From positions 8,700-72,699 of the forward strand of contig VGTJ01000002.1 in assembly GCA_016874775.1 (NCBI GenBank): DNA of 64,000 nucleotides, written 5' to 3'. The position numbers and the translations under genes were made by a program. The notes under the pieces were generated by a model that was not told where the DNA came from, made no database searches, and was given only the letters and a program-made list of their open reading frames with translations. This DNA is from Deltaproteobacteria bacterium (lineage in GTDB: Bacteria; Desulfobacterota; Binatia; Bin18). Below are positions 20,335 to 29,374 of this stretch, piece after piece (position 1 is the first letter of the stretch; each line of letters begins with the position of its first letter).

Positions 20335-21222
20335 TTATGCTACACGATACCGCTCTCCCTCCTGCACCACCCTTCCCTCCTGTATCAGTTTTTGGAGATG
20401 AAACTGCATCGAATTCTTCTCGACCGCATCAATCCAGACGACGTTATTGTAATCTTTGCGGTAGACGATTCGCTTCTTAATGATCTCGGTCAACGTGCGT
20501 GGTTGGGCAAGAAACTCCAGCAACATCTGCTCACGTTCATAGACGATATCCAGATAACTTTGCACTATTGCCGCTTGATCCTTCTCGCAAATCCCGACGT
20601 GATGGAAACTGACCAACGTGTTCGTACTGAGGGCACGAATCTGCTCTAGCGATGCGATGGTAGCAATAAGATCAGAGGTGGCATCGCCATACACCGGGCC
20701 AAATTTGGTCAGATCCCAATCTCCTAAGAACAGCAACCCTTCGTTCTCAAAAAAGAAACAGCAATGTCCGCCCGTATGACCGGGCGTATGCAGCACGCGC
20801 ATACGCGTGTGCCCGAAGTCATACACCTGACCATCGTGGAAATGCACCATCTGTTCGCGTGACTTATAGTGATACTTCTTGAGCAAAACTGGTCGCCACA
20901 CGTCATTCGACGCTTCATCCATACCATAGTAGTCCAGAAGCGTTTCCAACGAGCGCATCGCTGGCGCATCGAGTGCGTGGATGTGGAGCGGTACCTCGGG
21001 GAACCAATGACTGCCGATCCAGTGGTCTTCGTGGTAGTGGCTGTTGAGCAGCATATCCACCGGTCGGCCTGTCACCTTTCCTTGCATTTCATACACTGTC
21101 TGTGATGGGTCGATCAGCGCGGTCACATCATCTTCGACCAGGATCGAGTTACCGTGCGGATACTTGCCGTTTTTCTCACCGATAATGACTTTGACGCGAC
21201 CGAAACTACGCACCTCTGCCAT
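20335..21222 (-). CDS. MBL-fold metallo-hydrolase with a C-terminal winged-helix-like domain
   Basis: The HxHxDH motif (SHYHEDHWIGSHWF) is present, followed by downstream His/Asp ligands. GGAGG RBS precedes the ATG at 21222. The track ORF extends 122 codons further upstream (to 21588) with no homology, so I treat that extension as spurious. Confidence 0.75.
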   Translation of the reverse strand: MAEVRSFGRVKVIIGEKNGKYPHGNSILVEDDVTALIDPSQTVYEMQGKVTGRPVDMLLNSHYHEDHWIGSHWFPEVPLHIHALDAPAMRSLETLLDYYGMDEASNDVWRPVLLKKYHYKSREQMVHFHDGQVYDFGHTRMRVLHTPGHTGGHCCFFFENEGLLFLGDWDLTKFGPVYGDATSDLIATIASLEQIRALSTNTLVSFHHVGICEKDQAAIVQSYLDIVYEREQMLLEFLAQPRTLTEIIKKRIVYRKDYNNVVWIDAVEKNSMQFHLQKLIQEGRVVQEGERYRVA

Positions 21223-21367
21223 GAGTCCTCCGTGTATTACTGGTTGAGAAAGCGAAGTTATATACCGAATCCAGTTAATCAAGTAGGGAAGCGGCAGAAT
21301 GAATTGACCGACTATTGCAGGTGTGTATATTGAGGAAGAAATTTCCACACGTGGAGAAGCAAGCAGT

Positions 21368-21592
21368 ATGCGCACCTCTGGAACCCTGGCGAGAAAAAAT
21401 TTTATGGTCAATGAAGAAGACGTTCGTATGCTAAAGCGTGTCTTGCAAGTCGCCACTGAATCAGAAGCAGTCCGTATTGCCGTACGAGACCGACTTGCGC
21501 TTGAAAAAGCCCAAACCGCTTTTCGCCGCATCCGTGCACGCGGCGGTATTGAGGATGTTTTCCATCGGAGCGCCCCAGACTCGCGCAAATAA
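21368..21592 (+). CDS. vapB: type II antitoxin, VapB-like (DUF2191-like)
   Basis: MRTSGTLARKNFMVNEEDVRMLKRVLQVATESEAVRIAVRDRLALEKA has the ribbon-helix-helix-like pattern. Its stop lies 5 nt before the PIN-domain gene. Confidence 0.55.
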   Translation: MRTSGTLARKNFMVNEEDVRMLKRVLQVATESEAVRIAVRDRLALEKAQTAFRRIRARGGIEDVFHRSAPDSRK

Positions 21593-21597
21593 CCCCG

Positions 21598-22245
21598 ATG
21601 ATTGCTTTGCCTGTTATCTTCGATACTTCGATTTACATCCCATACCTCCGAGAAGAGGCATATACGGATCTTATAGAAAGCATGATCCGCACGGCTCGCG
21701 TTCGTCTCAGTACTGTCGTATTGAGTGAACTTTACGCTGGAACACGTTCTGCCCGGGATAAAGTGGATTTAGATGTAATTTATCGTACATATCAGTACTT
21801 CAGACACTTTTTCGGCGGAACATTTCTATAAAATCAGAAGGTTACGGCTACAAAATCGAATAAAAGCAAAGTTAGCATGCTCCCTGACTTGCATTTAATT
21901 CTCTGATCTCAAAGAAGTCGGCCATTTACGAATCGTCTATCTCCAAAAAGTGTCTACAGTATTGGTACATATCAGACATTGGGTTTTCTCGTGGTACCGA
22001 CCGCAGAAGATTGGATACGGGCAGGTCAAGGGATTCGCCACTACAGTCGGCTTTATGGGAATATTGAACCTCGAGAACATGTCAATGACATCCTCATTTT
22101 GCTCGCCGGTGCAGCGATTGGAGCTGAAGTTGTCACTGAAAACGCAAAGCACTTCACACGTTGGGCATTCTTATTACGGCGTATGGGATTCTCCACACGT
22201 GTGAGAGAAGTGCGTCGGAACGAGCATCTAGATCGGAATAGGTAA
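21598..22245 (+). pseudogene. vapC: PIN-domain toxin gene vapC split by a 169-bp insertion
   Basis: The N-terminal half (21598-21795, MIALPVIFDTSIYIPYLREE...DVIYRTYQ) continues in frame with the C-terminal half (21976-22245, TLGFLVVPTAEDWIRAG...DILILLAGAAIGAEVVTENAKHF) only once the element at 21796-21964 is removed. Both track ORFs (77 and 88 aa) are fragments of a single PIN domain. Confidence 0.7.
21796..21964. mobile_element. MITE-like non-autonomous insertion (169 bp) with terminal inverted repeats and an 11-bp target-site duplication
   Basis: The direct repeat GTACATATCAG occurs at 21785-21795 and again at 21965-21975. The element ends are TACTTCAGACACTTTTTCG (left) and, reverse-complemented, TACTGTAGACACTTTTTGG (right), matching at 17 of 19 positions. 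The interior is AT-rich with no ORF. Precise excision would restore an intact vapC reading frame. Confidence 0.6.
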
Positions 22246-22250
22246 CCACC

Positions 22251-23222
22251 ATGCCCATCTTGGGTCAGGCAATTTACGATCTCACACGCCTCTTTGGCTT
22301 ACGAGAAGCCGTAGACACACTCGACCTTGTTGCTCCTCCGACCGTCCGACTTGTTGCTCCTCACACCGCACCATCGCTCCGTCGTGTCGGAATCCTGTGC
22401 GGGTCATTCAATCCTCTCACTTTCGCCCACACGACCTTAGCAGAAAAAGCAATCGAAGCCTTTACCCTCGATCAGGTCTTCTTTACCCTTGCTAAAGTGA
22501 CAGTTGATAAAGAGCAAGTAACAGGCATGAGCTTAGAAGATCGTCTGTTGTCACTCTCGCTCTATGTTGAGCAACATCACAACCTCGGCGTCGCCCTCGT
22601 CAATCGTGGACTCTATTTCGAGCAAGCACAAGCATTTCACTCATTGTTTGGCAATCAGGTAGAGCTGAATTTCCTCATCGGCATGGACAAGTTGTTACAG
22701 ATTTTTGACCCGCGTTACTATCAAGATCGGGACGCAGCGCTACAACAACTCTTCAGTCTTACCTCACTTATTGTTGCCAATCGTGGCGATATGGATGAGC
22801 AGAGCTTTTCCCAATTATTCGACCAGCCTGAGAATCATCCGTTTCGTCAACACGTGCATTTCTTCACTCTCCCCGCAAATATCACCGACTTATCGGCGAC
22901 ACAGGTCCGTCACAACCTTGCGACCGAGCAACCCATCTCAGCGTATGTCCCTCCAGCAGTAGAAGAATTCATCAACGAGACTCGTGCGCATCATCCTCCG
23001 CAACAATGCGGCGAAGAACAGCTCTACGCTTATGCCGTTCGTCAAGCACTGCTCGCGTTACTGTTCACTGAACGTTCCTGGACAGAGCAAGAAATCGATT
23101 TTCAACGCCTGATGACTGCAGCGCTTTCACCAGATGCTCACGGTCGAGCACTACGCCAAGCGGGGAGTGGAAAGGATATCGGAGAGTCCATTGCCATCTT
23201 CCCCCTAAAGCCTGAAGCCTAA
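22251..23222 (+). CDS. NadD-like nucleotidyltransferase (nicotinate/nicotinamide-nucleotide adenylyltransferase family) with a ~130-aa C-terminal extension
   Basis: VGILCGSFNPLTFAH is the (H/T)xGH-type motif. The block order FTLAKVTVDKEQ...SLEDRLLSL...FLIGMDKL parallels NadD (FLP..PPHK, HRLAML, FIIGAD). Confidence 0.6.
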   Translation: MPILGQAIYDLTRLFGLREAVDTLDLVAPPTVRLVAPHTAPSLRRVGILCGSFNPLTFAHTTLAEKAIEAFTLDQVFFTLAKVTVDKEQVTGMSLEDRLLSLSLYVEQHHNLGVALVNRGLYFEQAQAFHSLFGNQVELNFLIGMDKLLQIFDPRYYQDRDAALQQLFSLTSLIVANRGDMDEQSFSQLFDQPENHPFRQHVHFFTLPANITDLSATQVRHNLATEQPISAYVPPAVEEFINETRAHHPPQQCGEEQLYAYAVRQALLALLFTERSWTEQEIDFQRLMTAALSPDAHGRALRQAGSGKDIGESIAIFPLKPEA

Positions 23223-23318
23223 AGGCTGGCCTTCGCCCAAGCCGATAGCTTTTTTCCCACGGTCCCTTGCGCCAGGCTGCCATAGCTCTCGCGCGATGAA
23301 GTTTATATAATACAGAGC

Positions 23319-24215
23319 ATGGATCAGCCAACGACAACTCTCGCCATTCTCTTTGCCGATATCAGTGGAAGTACCCGCCTGTATGAGACCTTGGGTGACG
23401 CACTCGCGCGGCAGAAGGTTGCGGATTGTTTATCGGTGCTCAGCGAAGCGATTCAGCAACGTGGAGGTACAGTCATCAAAACTATCGGTGACGAAGTGAT
23501 GAGTACATTTCCCAGTGCTGAAGTTGCGGTCCAGGCGGCCTGTGCGATGCAGGAATCGTTGGCCGAACGTGCGGCCTTGAGTAAAAGCCCGCTCACCATT
23601 CGGGTGGGTTTACATTATGGCCCAGCTTTGGTCGAAGCAGCGGATGTTTTTGGCGATGCCGTCAACCTGGCTGCCCGTATCGTCGGCCTGGCAAAAGCGA
23701 ATCAGATTCTTACTTCCCGTCAAACTGTCGACACACTCCCCACCTCGCTGCAAACCATGACACGACATGTCGACCGTGCCCCGCTCAAGGGAAAACAAGA
23801 AGCCGTTGATATTTATGAAGTCATCTGGCGTGAGGATGAACTCACCCGCATGGAAGGGCCTAGCCTTGCTCCACTTCCCACAGCACATTCCGCGCGATTA
23901 CGCCTGAGCTTTGGTGAGCAAGCGGTAGAAGTTACCCCATCTCGTCCGTCGGTTTCTATCGGCCGCGGACAAGAGAATGACCTCGTGATCGCTGATGAAT
24001 TCGCCTCACGGCTGCATGCGCGGGTCGAGTTGCGTCGTGGAAAATTCGTCCTTCTCGACCAAAGCACCAATGGGACTTTCGTCATCATTCAGAACGAAAA
24101 GCCGTTGCACCTCCACCGCGAAGAACTGCTCCTGCAGGGAACAGGAGTCATCAGCCTTGGTCGCCCGTTGGATGGAAATCCGCCAACCCTGATTCATTTC
24201 GTCTGCGAACCATAA
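23319..24215 (+). CDS. class III adenylyl/guanylyl cyclase (CHD) fused to a C-terminal FHA domain
   Basis: TLAILFADISGSTRLYE...GGTVIKTIGDEVMSTF is the cyclase homology domain. The C-terminal VSIGRGQENDLVIADEFASRLHARVELRRGKFVLLDQSTNGTFV is a canonical FHA domain, with the GR...SR.H...NGT pattern. Confidence 0.85.
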   Translation: MDQPTTTLAILFADISGSTRLYETLGDALARQKVADCLSVLSEAIQQRGGTVIKTIGDEVMSTFPSAEVAVQAACAMQESLAERAALSKSPLTIRVGLHYGPALVEAADVFGDAVNLAARIVGLAKANQILTSRQTVDTLPTSLQTMTRHVDRAPLKGKQEAVDIYEVIWREDELTRMEGPSLAPLPTAHSARLRLSFGEQAVEVTPSRPSVSIGRGQENDLVIADEFASRLHARVELRRGKFVLLDQSTNGTFVIIQNEKPLHLHREELLLQGTGVISLGRPLDGNPPTLIHFVCEP

Positions 24216-24526
24216 TTTCGCCAGATTTGGTTCACCTGCGTGCGAGAAATTTCCCCCATGAGGGAAATTTCGTACCTTCCTCAGGCTGTTTCTGTATAGA
24301 CATCTCCCCCCTCTCCCGCCATCGTCTCTCTCCGAGGCCGTTGAAACGGAGAGACTCGCTCATACATCGAATATGAATAAGGGGACATTTGACATTACGA
24401 AGCGTGGTTTAGTAAGTTAACAAAGGGACACCCAACAACCTGTTTCTCCTTCCTCTTGGTCCCAGCCCGTACTTCATCCCGCTACTCTGCTTCGGAGTGT
24501 AACAGGGAGTTAATAAGGAGAAACGC

Positions 24527-25360
24527 ATGCACGACAGTGAGCAGCTTACCCGGCTGCGCGAAAAGGCCCAACACATCCGTCGGTCGATCATCGAAATGTT
24601 GGCTGCTGCCGGCTCAGGCCACCCAGGAGGGAGCCTCTCGGCGACTGACCTTGTTACCTGCTTGTACTTCCAGGTCATGCGCCATAGGCCGACCGATCCC
24701 ACGTGGCAGGATCGCGACCGCTTCATTCTCTCGAAAGGTCATGCCTGTCCGGTGTTGTACGCCGCGCTGGCCGAAGCCGGATACATTACCCCAGATCTAT
24801 TAACCTCGTTGCGGCGCTTTGGCAGCCCACTCCAAGGGCATCCTGACCGGCGCAAATTTGGCCTTATGGAGGCCTCGACGGGATCGCTGGGCATCGGCCT
24901 CTCACTCGGTGTGGGGATGGCTCTTGCCGCTCGTCTGCGTAACAGCCCTTCTCGCATCTACGTCATGCTTGGCGACGGAGAGTGCGAAGAAGGGCAAATT
25001 TGGGAAGCGGCGATGTGGGCAGCGCATCAGAAGCTCGACAATCTCTGCGCTATCGTCGATTACAACCGCCTGCAGCTCGATGCCAGCGTCGAGGAAATTA
25101 CTAGCCTCGAACCATTGGCCGAGAAATGGCGTGCTTTTCAATGGAACGTGCAGGAAATCGACGGGCACAATTACGAACACATCCTCAGCGCCTTTACACA
25201 TGCCGAACAGACCAAAGGGAAACCTACAGTTTTGGTTGCCACTACGGTGAAGGGAAAAGGCGTGTCATACATGGAGAACCAGATCAAGTTTCACGGCAGT
25301 GTCCCCGAAAAAGCTGAACAAATCCAGCAAGCCTTGCAAGAAATCACCACCGGGAGATAA
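24527..25360 (+). CDS. tktA-N: transketolase, N-terminal (TPP-binding) subunit of a split transketolase
   Basis: GHPGGSLS, the GDGE TPP-binding motif (LGDGECEEGQIWEA) and the 277-aa length point to the split transketolase N-terminal section. AAGGAG RBS is present. Confidence 0.9.
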   Translation: MHDSEQLTRLREKAQHIRRSIIEMLAAAGSGHPGGSLSATDLVTCLYFQVMRHRPTDPTWQDRDRFILSKGHACPVLYAALAEAGYITPDLLTSLRRFGSPLQGHPDRRKFGLMEASTGSLGIGLSLGVGMALAARLRNSPSRIYVMLGDGECEEGQIWEAAMWAAHQKLDNLCAIVDYNRLQLDASVEEITSLEPLAEKWRAFQWNVQEIDGHNYEHILSAFTHAEQTKGKPTVLVATTVKGKGVSYMENQIKFHGSVPEKAEQIQQALQEITTGR

Positions 25361-25365
25361 GCGCC

Positions 25366-26355
25366 ATGATCAAACGCTGGCCGACACAATGGGAACTGGG
25401 GATGGCGACACGCGAGGCATACGGTCACGCGTTAGCACAATTGGGAGAAGAGAATTCTAAAGTTGTGGTCCTTGATGCTGACCTGTCGAAGTCGACTTTC
25501 ACTTCGCTGTTTGGCAAAAAATTTCCGGCGCGCTTTTTTGATGTGGGGATCGCCGAGGCCAATATGTGTTCTATCGCCGCCGGACTCGCCTCTGACGGCT
25601 TTATTCCGTTCGCTTCGAGTTTTGCCTCGTTCCTCTTATGCAAAGGCTATGAACAACTCCGTATCTGTTGCTCGTACATGGAAATGAATGTCAATTTCGT
25701 TGGCTCACACGGTGGAATCAGCTTAGGGGAAGATGGCCCATCGCAGCAGTCGATCGAAGATATTGCGCTGGCGTGCAGCCTCCCAGGCTTCACGGTTGCC
25801 ATGCCCGCGGACGAGGTGGCCACACGCGAATTGGTCCAAGCCGCGGCTGCCCATTACGGTCCGGTCTACCTTCGTGTCAGCCGCCCACGCGCGCCCAAAA
25901 TTTATCCTGCCGGAGAACGGTTTGCTTTCGGTCGTGCCAAAACACTCTCAGATGGTGACGACGTCACTGTCATCGCCAATGGCCTGATGGTTGCCCTGGC
26001 GTGCCAGGCAGCAGAATTAGCGGAACGCAAAGGCATTCACACGCGGGTGATCGATCTCCATACGGCGAAGCCGTTGGACGAAGCGACGATCGAGATTGCC
26101 GCGCGTGATACCGGAGCGTTAGTCGTAGTTGAAGAGCACTTAAGCCGCCCAGGGCTAGGCTCGCTTGTCGCTCAAGTAGTCGTCAATCGCTGTCCAGTCC
26201 CGATGGAGTTTGTTGGTTTGCCCGACAGTTTTGCCGAGTCTGGCACCCCGCAAGAACTTTTCCGCGCCTATGGTCTGACAGTTGAACATGTGCTGGGCGC
26301 TATCCAACAGGTTGTTCGGCGCAAAGACAAACGTCAAGTAGCCTCAGCTCGTTAG
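25366..26355 (+). CDS. tktA-C: transketolase, C-terminal (pyrimidine-binding) subunit
   Basis: Immediately downstream of the N-terminal subunit gene. It carries the Transket_pyr domain and the C-terminal domain, 329 aa. Confidence 0.9.
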   Translation: MIKRWPTQWELGMATREAYGHALAQLGEENSKVVVLDADLSKSTFTSLFGKKFPARFFDVGIAEANMCSIAAGLASDGFIPFASSFASFLLCKGYEQLRICCSYMEMNVNFVGSHGGISLGEDGPSQQSIEDIALACSLPGFTVAMPADEVATRELVQAAAAHYGPVYLRVSRPRAPKIYPAGERFAFGRAKTLSDGDDVTVIANGLMVALACQAAELAERKGIHTRVIDLHTAKPLDEATIEIAARDTGALVVVEEHLSRPGLGSLVAQVVVNRCPVPMEFVGLPDSFAESGTPQELFRAYGLTVEHVLGAIQQVVRRKDKRQVASAR

Positions 26356-26369
26356 AAGGGGAAGCCACG

Positions 26370-29240
26370 ATGGCAAACCAAATATTCGATCTCCGCCAGT
26401 ATGGTCAAAGTGTGTGGTATGACTTTATCAGTCGCCAACTCCTCGCATCTGGCGAGTTATTACGCATCATCAACCGAGACGGCGTCTCCGGCGTCACCTC
26501 AAACCCCAGTATTCTTGAACAGGCGATCAACAAAACCGATGCCTACGACGAGGAAATGGCCATCCTCGCTCGTCATGGTTTGTCTGCTGAAGACATTTAT
26601 ACGCGTGTCGCCGTGCAAGATATTACCGAAGCTGCAGATATTCTGCAGACTGTCTCTGTCGCGACCAATGGCGGCGATGGCTATGTCAGTCTCGAAGTTT
26701 CTCCACGTTTAGCTGATGATGCCGAGGGAACGATCGCCGAAGCGCATCGCCTGTGGCAACAGATCCGACGCGATAACGTGATGATCAAAGTCCCTGGTAC
26801 GCCAGCCGGATTTCGCGCGGTACGCAAACTCATCAGCGACGGCATCAACGTCAACATCACCCTCCTCTTCTCGATCGCCGACTATGAAGCTGCTGCGCAG
26901 GCATATATTGGTGGACTCTCTGACCGTTTGAATAAAGGCGGAGACATCAGTCGTGTCGCCTCAGTCGCGAGCGTCTTCGTGAGCCGGATTGACTCTCTCG
27001 TCGACAAACTCCTCGATCAAGCGCTGGCTACCACCCGTGACAGCGAAGCACGCCAAGGCATCGAAAACTTGAAAGGCAAGGCCGCCATCGCCAATTCCAA
27101 ATTGGTGTATCAGCGCTTCAAAGCGCTCTTCTCTAGCAGTGAGTGGCAAAGACTAGAAGAGCACGGAGCCCGTCGCCAGCGTCCACTGTGGGCTTCCACT
27201 GGCACGAAAAATCCCAAATATAGCGACGTCCTCTACATCGAAGAACTTGTCGGCCCGGACACGGTGAATACGGTTCCTCCTGGTGCACTTGCGGCGTTTC
27301 GCGATCATGGCCGTGCGCGCCCCACGATCGAACTCAACACGCAAGAGGCACAAAATGCGTTTGATCGCCTTGGCGAATTGGGTGTCGACATGACCAAGGT
27401 CCACGGGCAACTCAAAGAGGAAGGGCTCCAAGCTTTCGCTGATTCGTTTGACACCCTTCTTTTAGGAGTCGATACCAAACGCAAAGCCGCACTGTTGAAA
27501 GGCCGCTATCAGATTGCTGGCGCCAAATTGGGTGACGCGCTCGACCGCTACAATATCGACCTGCAACTCCAAGACTATGTCGAAGGCATGTGGAGCAAAC
27601 GCGCGGAACTGTGGTCAGACGATCCGACGGAACAAAAACGGATCGCGAATCGCTTAGGGTGGTTGGATTCACCTGAAGTGATGGCAAAAGCGCTCCCGCG
27701 GCTGAAGCGCTTTGCTGCCGCTGTCCGTCATGACGGTATCAAACACGTGGTCCTGCTTGGCATGGGGGGCTCAAGCCTCGCCCCAGAGGTGATGCGGGCG
27801 ATCCTCGGGGTGCAGCCTGGGGCTCCAACGTTCACGATGCTTGACTCGACTGACCCTGGATCCATCAAGGCAATTACTGATCGCATATCACTGAAAGAGA
27901 CGATCTTCCTCATTGCCAGTAAGTCCGGCACAACGATCGAACCCAACACTTTGTCGGCCTACTTCTGCCAGCTGTTGAAAAACGCCGGGATTGCGAATCC
28001 TGCTCGTCACCTCGTCGCGATTACCGACGAAGGAACTGCACTCCATGAACAGGCGCAACACGATCATTATCGCGAGATCTTCGTGAACCCGTCAGACATT
28101 GGTGGCCGCTATTCCGCTCTATCTTTCTTTGGATTCGTGCCAGCCGCACTCATGGGGATTGATTTGGTCGACCTCCTGGCCTGGGGGCGGGGAATGGCAC
28201 TCTTATGTGGTCCAACCAACGCCATCGCCCAGAACCCTGGCGTCGCCTTAGGTATCGCAATGGGTGCGGCTGCCCGTACTGGCCGCGATAAGTTGACGCT
28301 CGTTACTGGCCCACATCTGCGTCCATTTGGCTTGTGGATTGAACAGCTTATCGCTGAGTCCACGGGGAAAAAGGGGACAGGCATTGTTCCCATTGTTGGT
28401 GAGCCACTCGGACTGCCAGAGGTGTATGGAGGCGATCGGTTGTTTGTCCGCTTGCGACTCCATGGCGGCGATCCTGAAGAACATGATCGAGACGGCAAAA
28501 TGGAGCGACTGCGAGCAGCGGGGTTTCCCATTATCACGATCAGTATGCATGCTCCTGCCGCAATTGGTGCAGAGTTCGTACGTTGGGAGATCGCCACCGC
28601 TACCGCCGGTGCCATCTTGGATATCAACCCGTTCGATGAACCAAATGTTCAACAAGCAAAAGATGCGACAAAAGCGTTGTTGCGACGATTCACCACCGAG
28701 GGAAAGCTCCCTGTTCCCACACCCCAGGTACCAATACACGGCACCTCGTTGACCTGTGATCAGGCCAGTTGGGAAAAGATCAAAGCCAGTGGTAACGATG
28801 TGTCTCGCCCTCTCAGTGCGCTGGCAGAGTTTCTGCGCACGGTGGAGAAAGGCGATTACCTCGGACTGCTTGCCTATCTGCCAGTCAACGACAAGATTGA
28901 AGCATCATTGCAGCGTGTCCGTAGCCAACTGCGCGACCTGTGCCGTGTAGCAACGATGGGCGGTTACGGCCCTCGCTATCTCCATTCAACCGGCCAGTTA
29001 CACAAAGGTGGTCCGAATAGTGGTGTGTTTATCGTGCTTACAGCAACACCGCAGGAAGACCTGGCCATTCCAGGTGAGCCCTTCTCCTTTGCCACTTTGG
29101 AATTGGCGCAGGCACTAGGCGATGTTGCTTCACTTGAAGCGACCGGGCGACGGGTGGTGCATGTGCACCTCGACTCCCCAGACCCAGGACACGTTGAGCG
29201 AGTGTGCGATCTCATAGCAGGAGCGGCGGCAAAACAGTGA
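26370..29240 (+). CDS. tal-pgi: bifunctional transaldolase / glucose-6-phosphate isomerase fusion
   Basis: The N-terminal ~370 aa are a transaldolase TIM barrel (NPSILEQAI..., active-site Lys region). The C-terminal ~580 aa are a PGI SIS-domain fold (VVLLGMGGSSLAPEV, ...GGRYSALS...). Confidence 0.85.
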   Translation: MANQIFDLRQYGQSVWYDFISRQLLASGELLRIINRDGVSGVTSNPSILEQAINKTDAYDEEMAILARHGLSAEDIYTRVAVQDITEAADILQTVSVATNGGDGYVSLEVSPRLADDAEGTIAEAHRLWQQIRRDNVMIKVPGTPAGFRAVRKLISDGINVNITLLFSIADYEAAAQAYIGGLSDRLNKGGDISRVASVASVFVSRIDSLVDKLLDQALATTRDSEARQGIENLKGKAAIANSKLVYQRFKALFSSSEWQRLEEHGARRQRPLWASTGTKNPKYSDVLYIEELVGPDTVNTVPPGALAAFRDHGRARPTIELNTQEAQNAFDRLGELGVDMTKVHGQLKEEGLQAFADSFDTLLLGVDTKRKAALLKGRYQIAGAKLGDALDRYNIDLQLQDYVEGMWSKRAELWSDDPTEQKRIANRLGWLDSPEVMAKALPRLKRFAAAVRHDGIKHVVLLGMGGSSLAPEVMRAILGVQPGAPTFTMLDSTDPGSIKAITDRISLKETIFLIASKSGTTIEPNTLSAYFCQLLKNAGIANPARHLVAITDEGTALHEQAQHDHYREIFVNPSDIGGRYSALSFFGFVPAALMGIDLVDLLAWGRGMALLCGPTNAIAQNPGVALGIAMGAAARTGRDKLTLVTGPHLRPFGLWIEQLIAESTGKKGTGIVPIVGEPLGLPEVYGGDRLFVRLRLHGGDPEEHDRDGKMERLRAAGFPIITISMHAPAAIGAEFVRWEIATATAGAILDINPFDEPNVQQAKDATKALLRRFTTEGKLPVPTPQVPIHGTSLTCDQASWEKIKASGNDVSRPLSALAEFLRTVEKGDYLGLLAYLPVNDKIEASLQRVRSQLRDLCRVATMGGYGPRYLHSTGQLHKGGPNSGVFIVLTATPQEDLAIPGEPFSFATLELAQALGDVASLEATGRRVVHVHLDSPDPGHVERVCDLIAGAAAKQ

Positions 29241-29374
29241 AGCATTGAGAATGCACGATGAAGATGATGAACATTGCAAATGGCACGCGACAAAATCTCA
29301 CATGCGGTTATCTATATTCTTCATTTGGCATTCTCCATTCTTAATTCATAAATTTTTTAATGAGGAGGCATCAT

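Noticed and set aside
20335-21588. Long 417-aa version of the MBL hydrolase ORF
   Set aside because: The first 122 codons have no homology and run across the vapB promoter region. A GGAGG-ATG start at 21222 gives a normal-length MBL protein.
21979-22245. 88-aa ORF as an independent gene
   Set aside because: It is the C-terminal half of the PIN domain, in frame with 21598-21795 once the MITE is removed. Its TTG start is an artefact.
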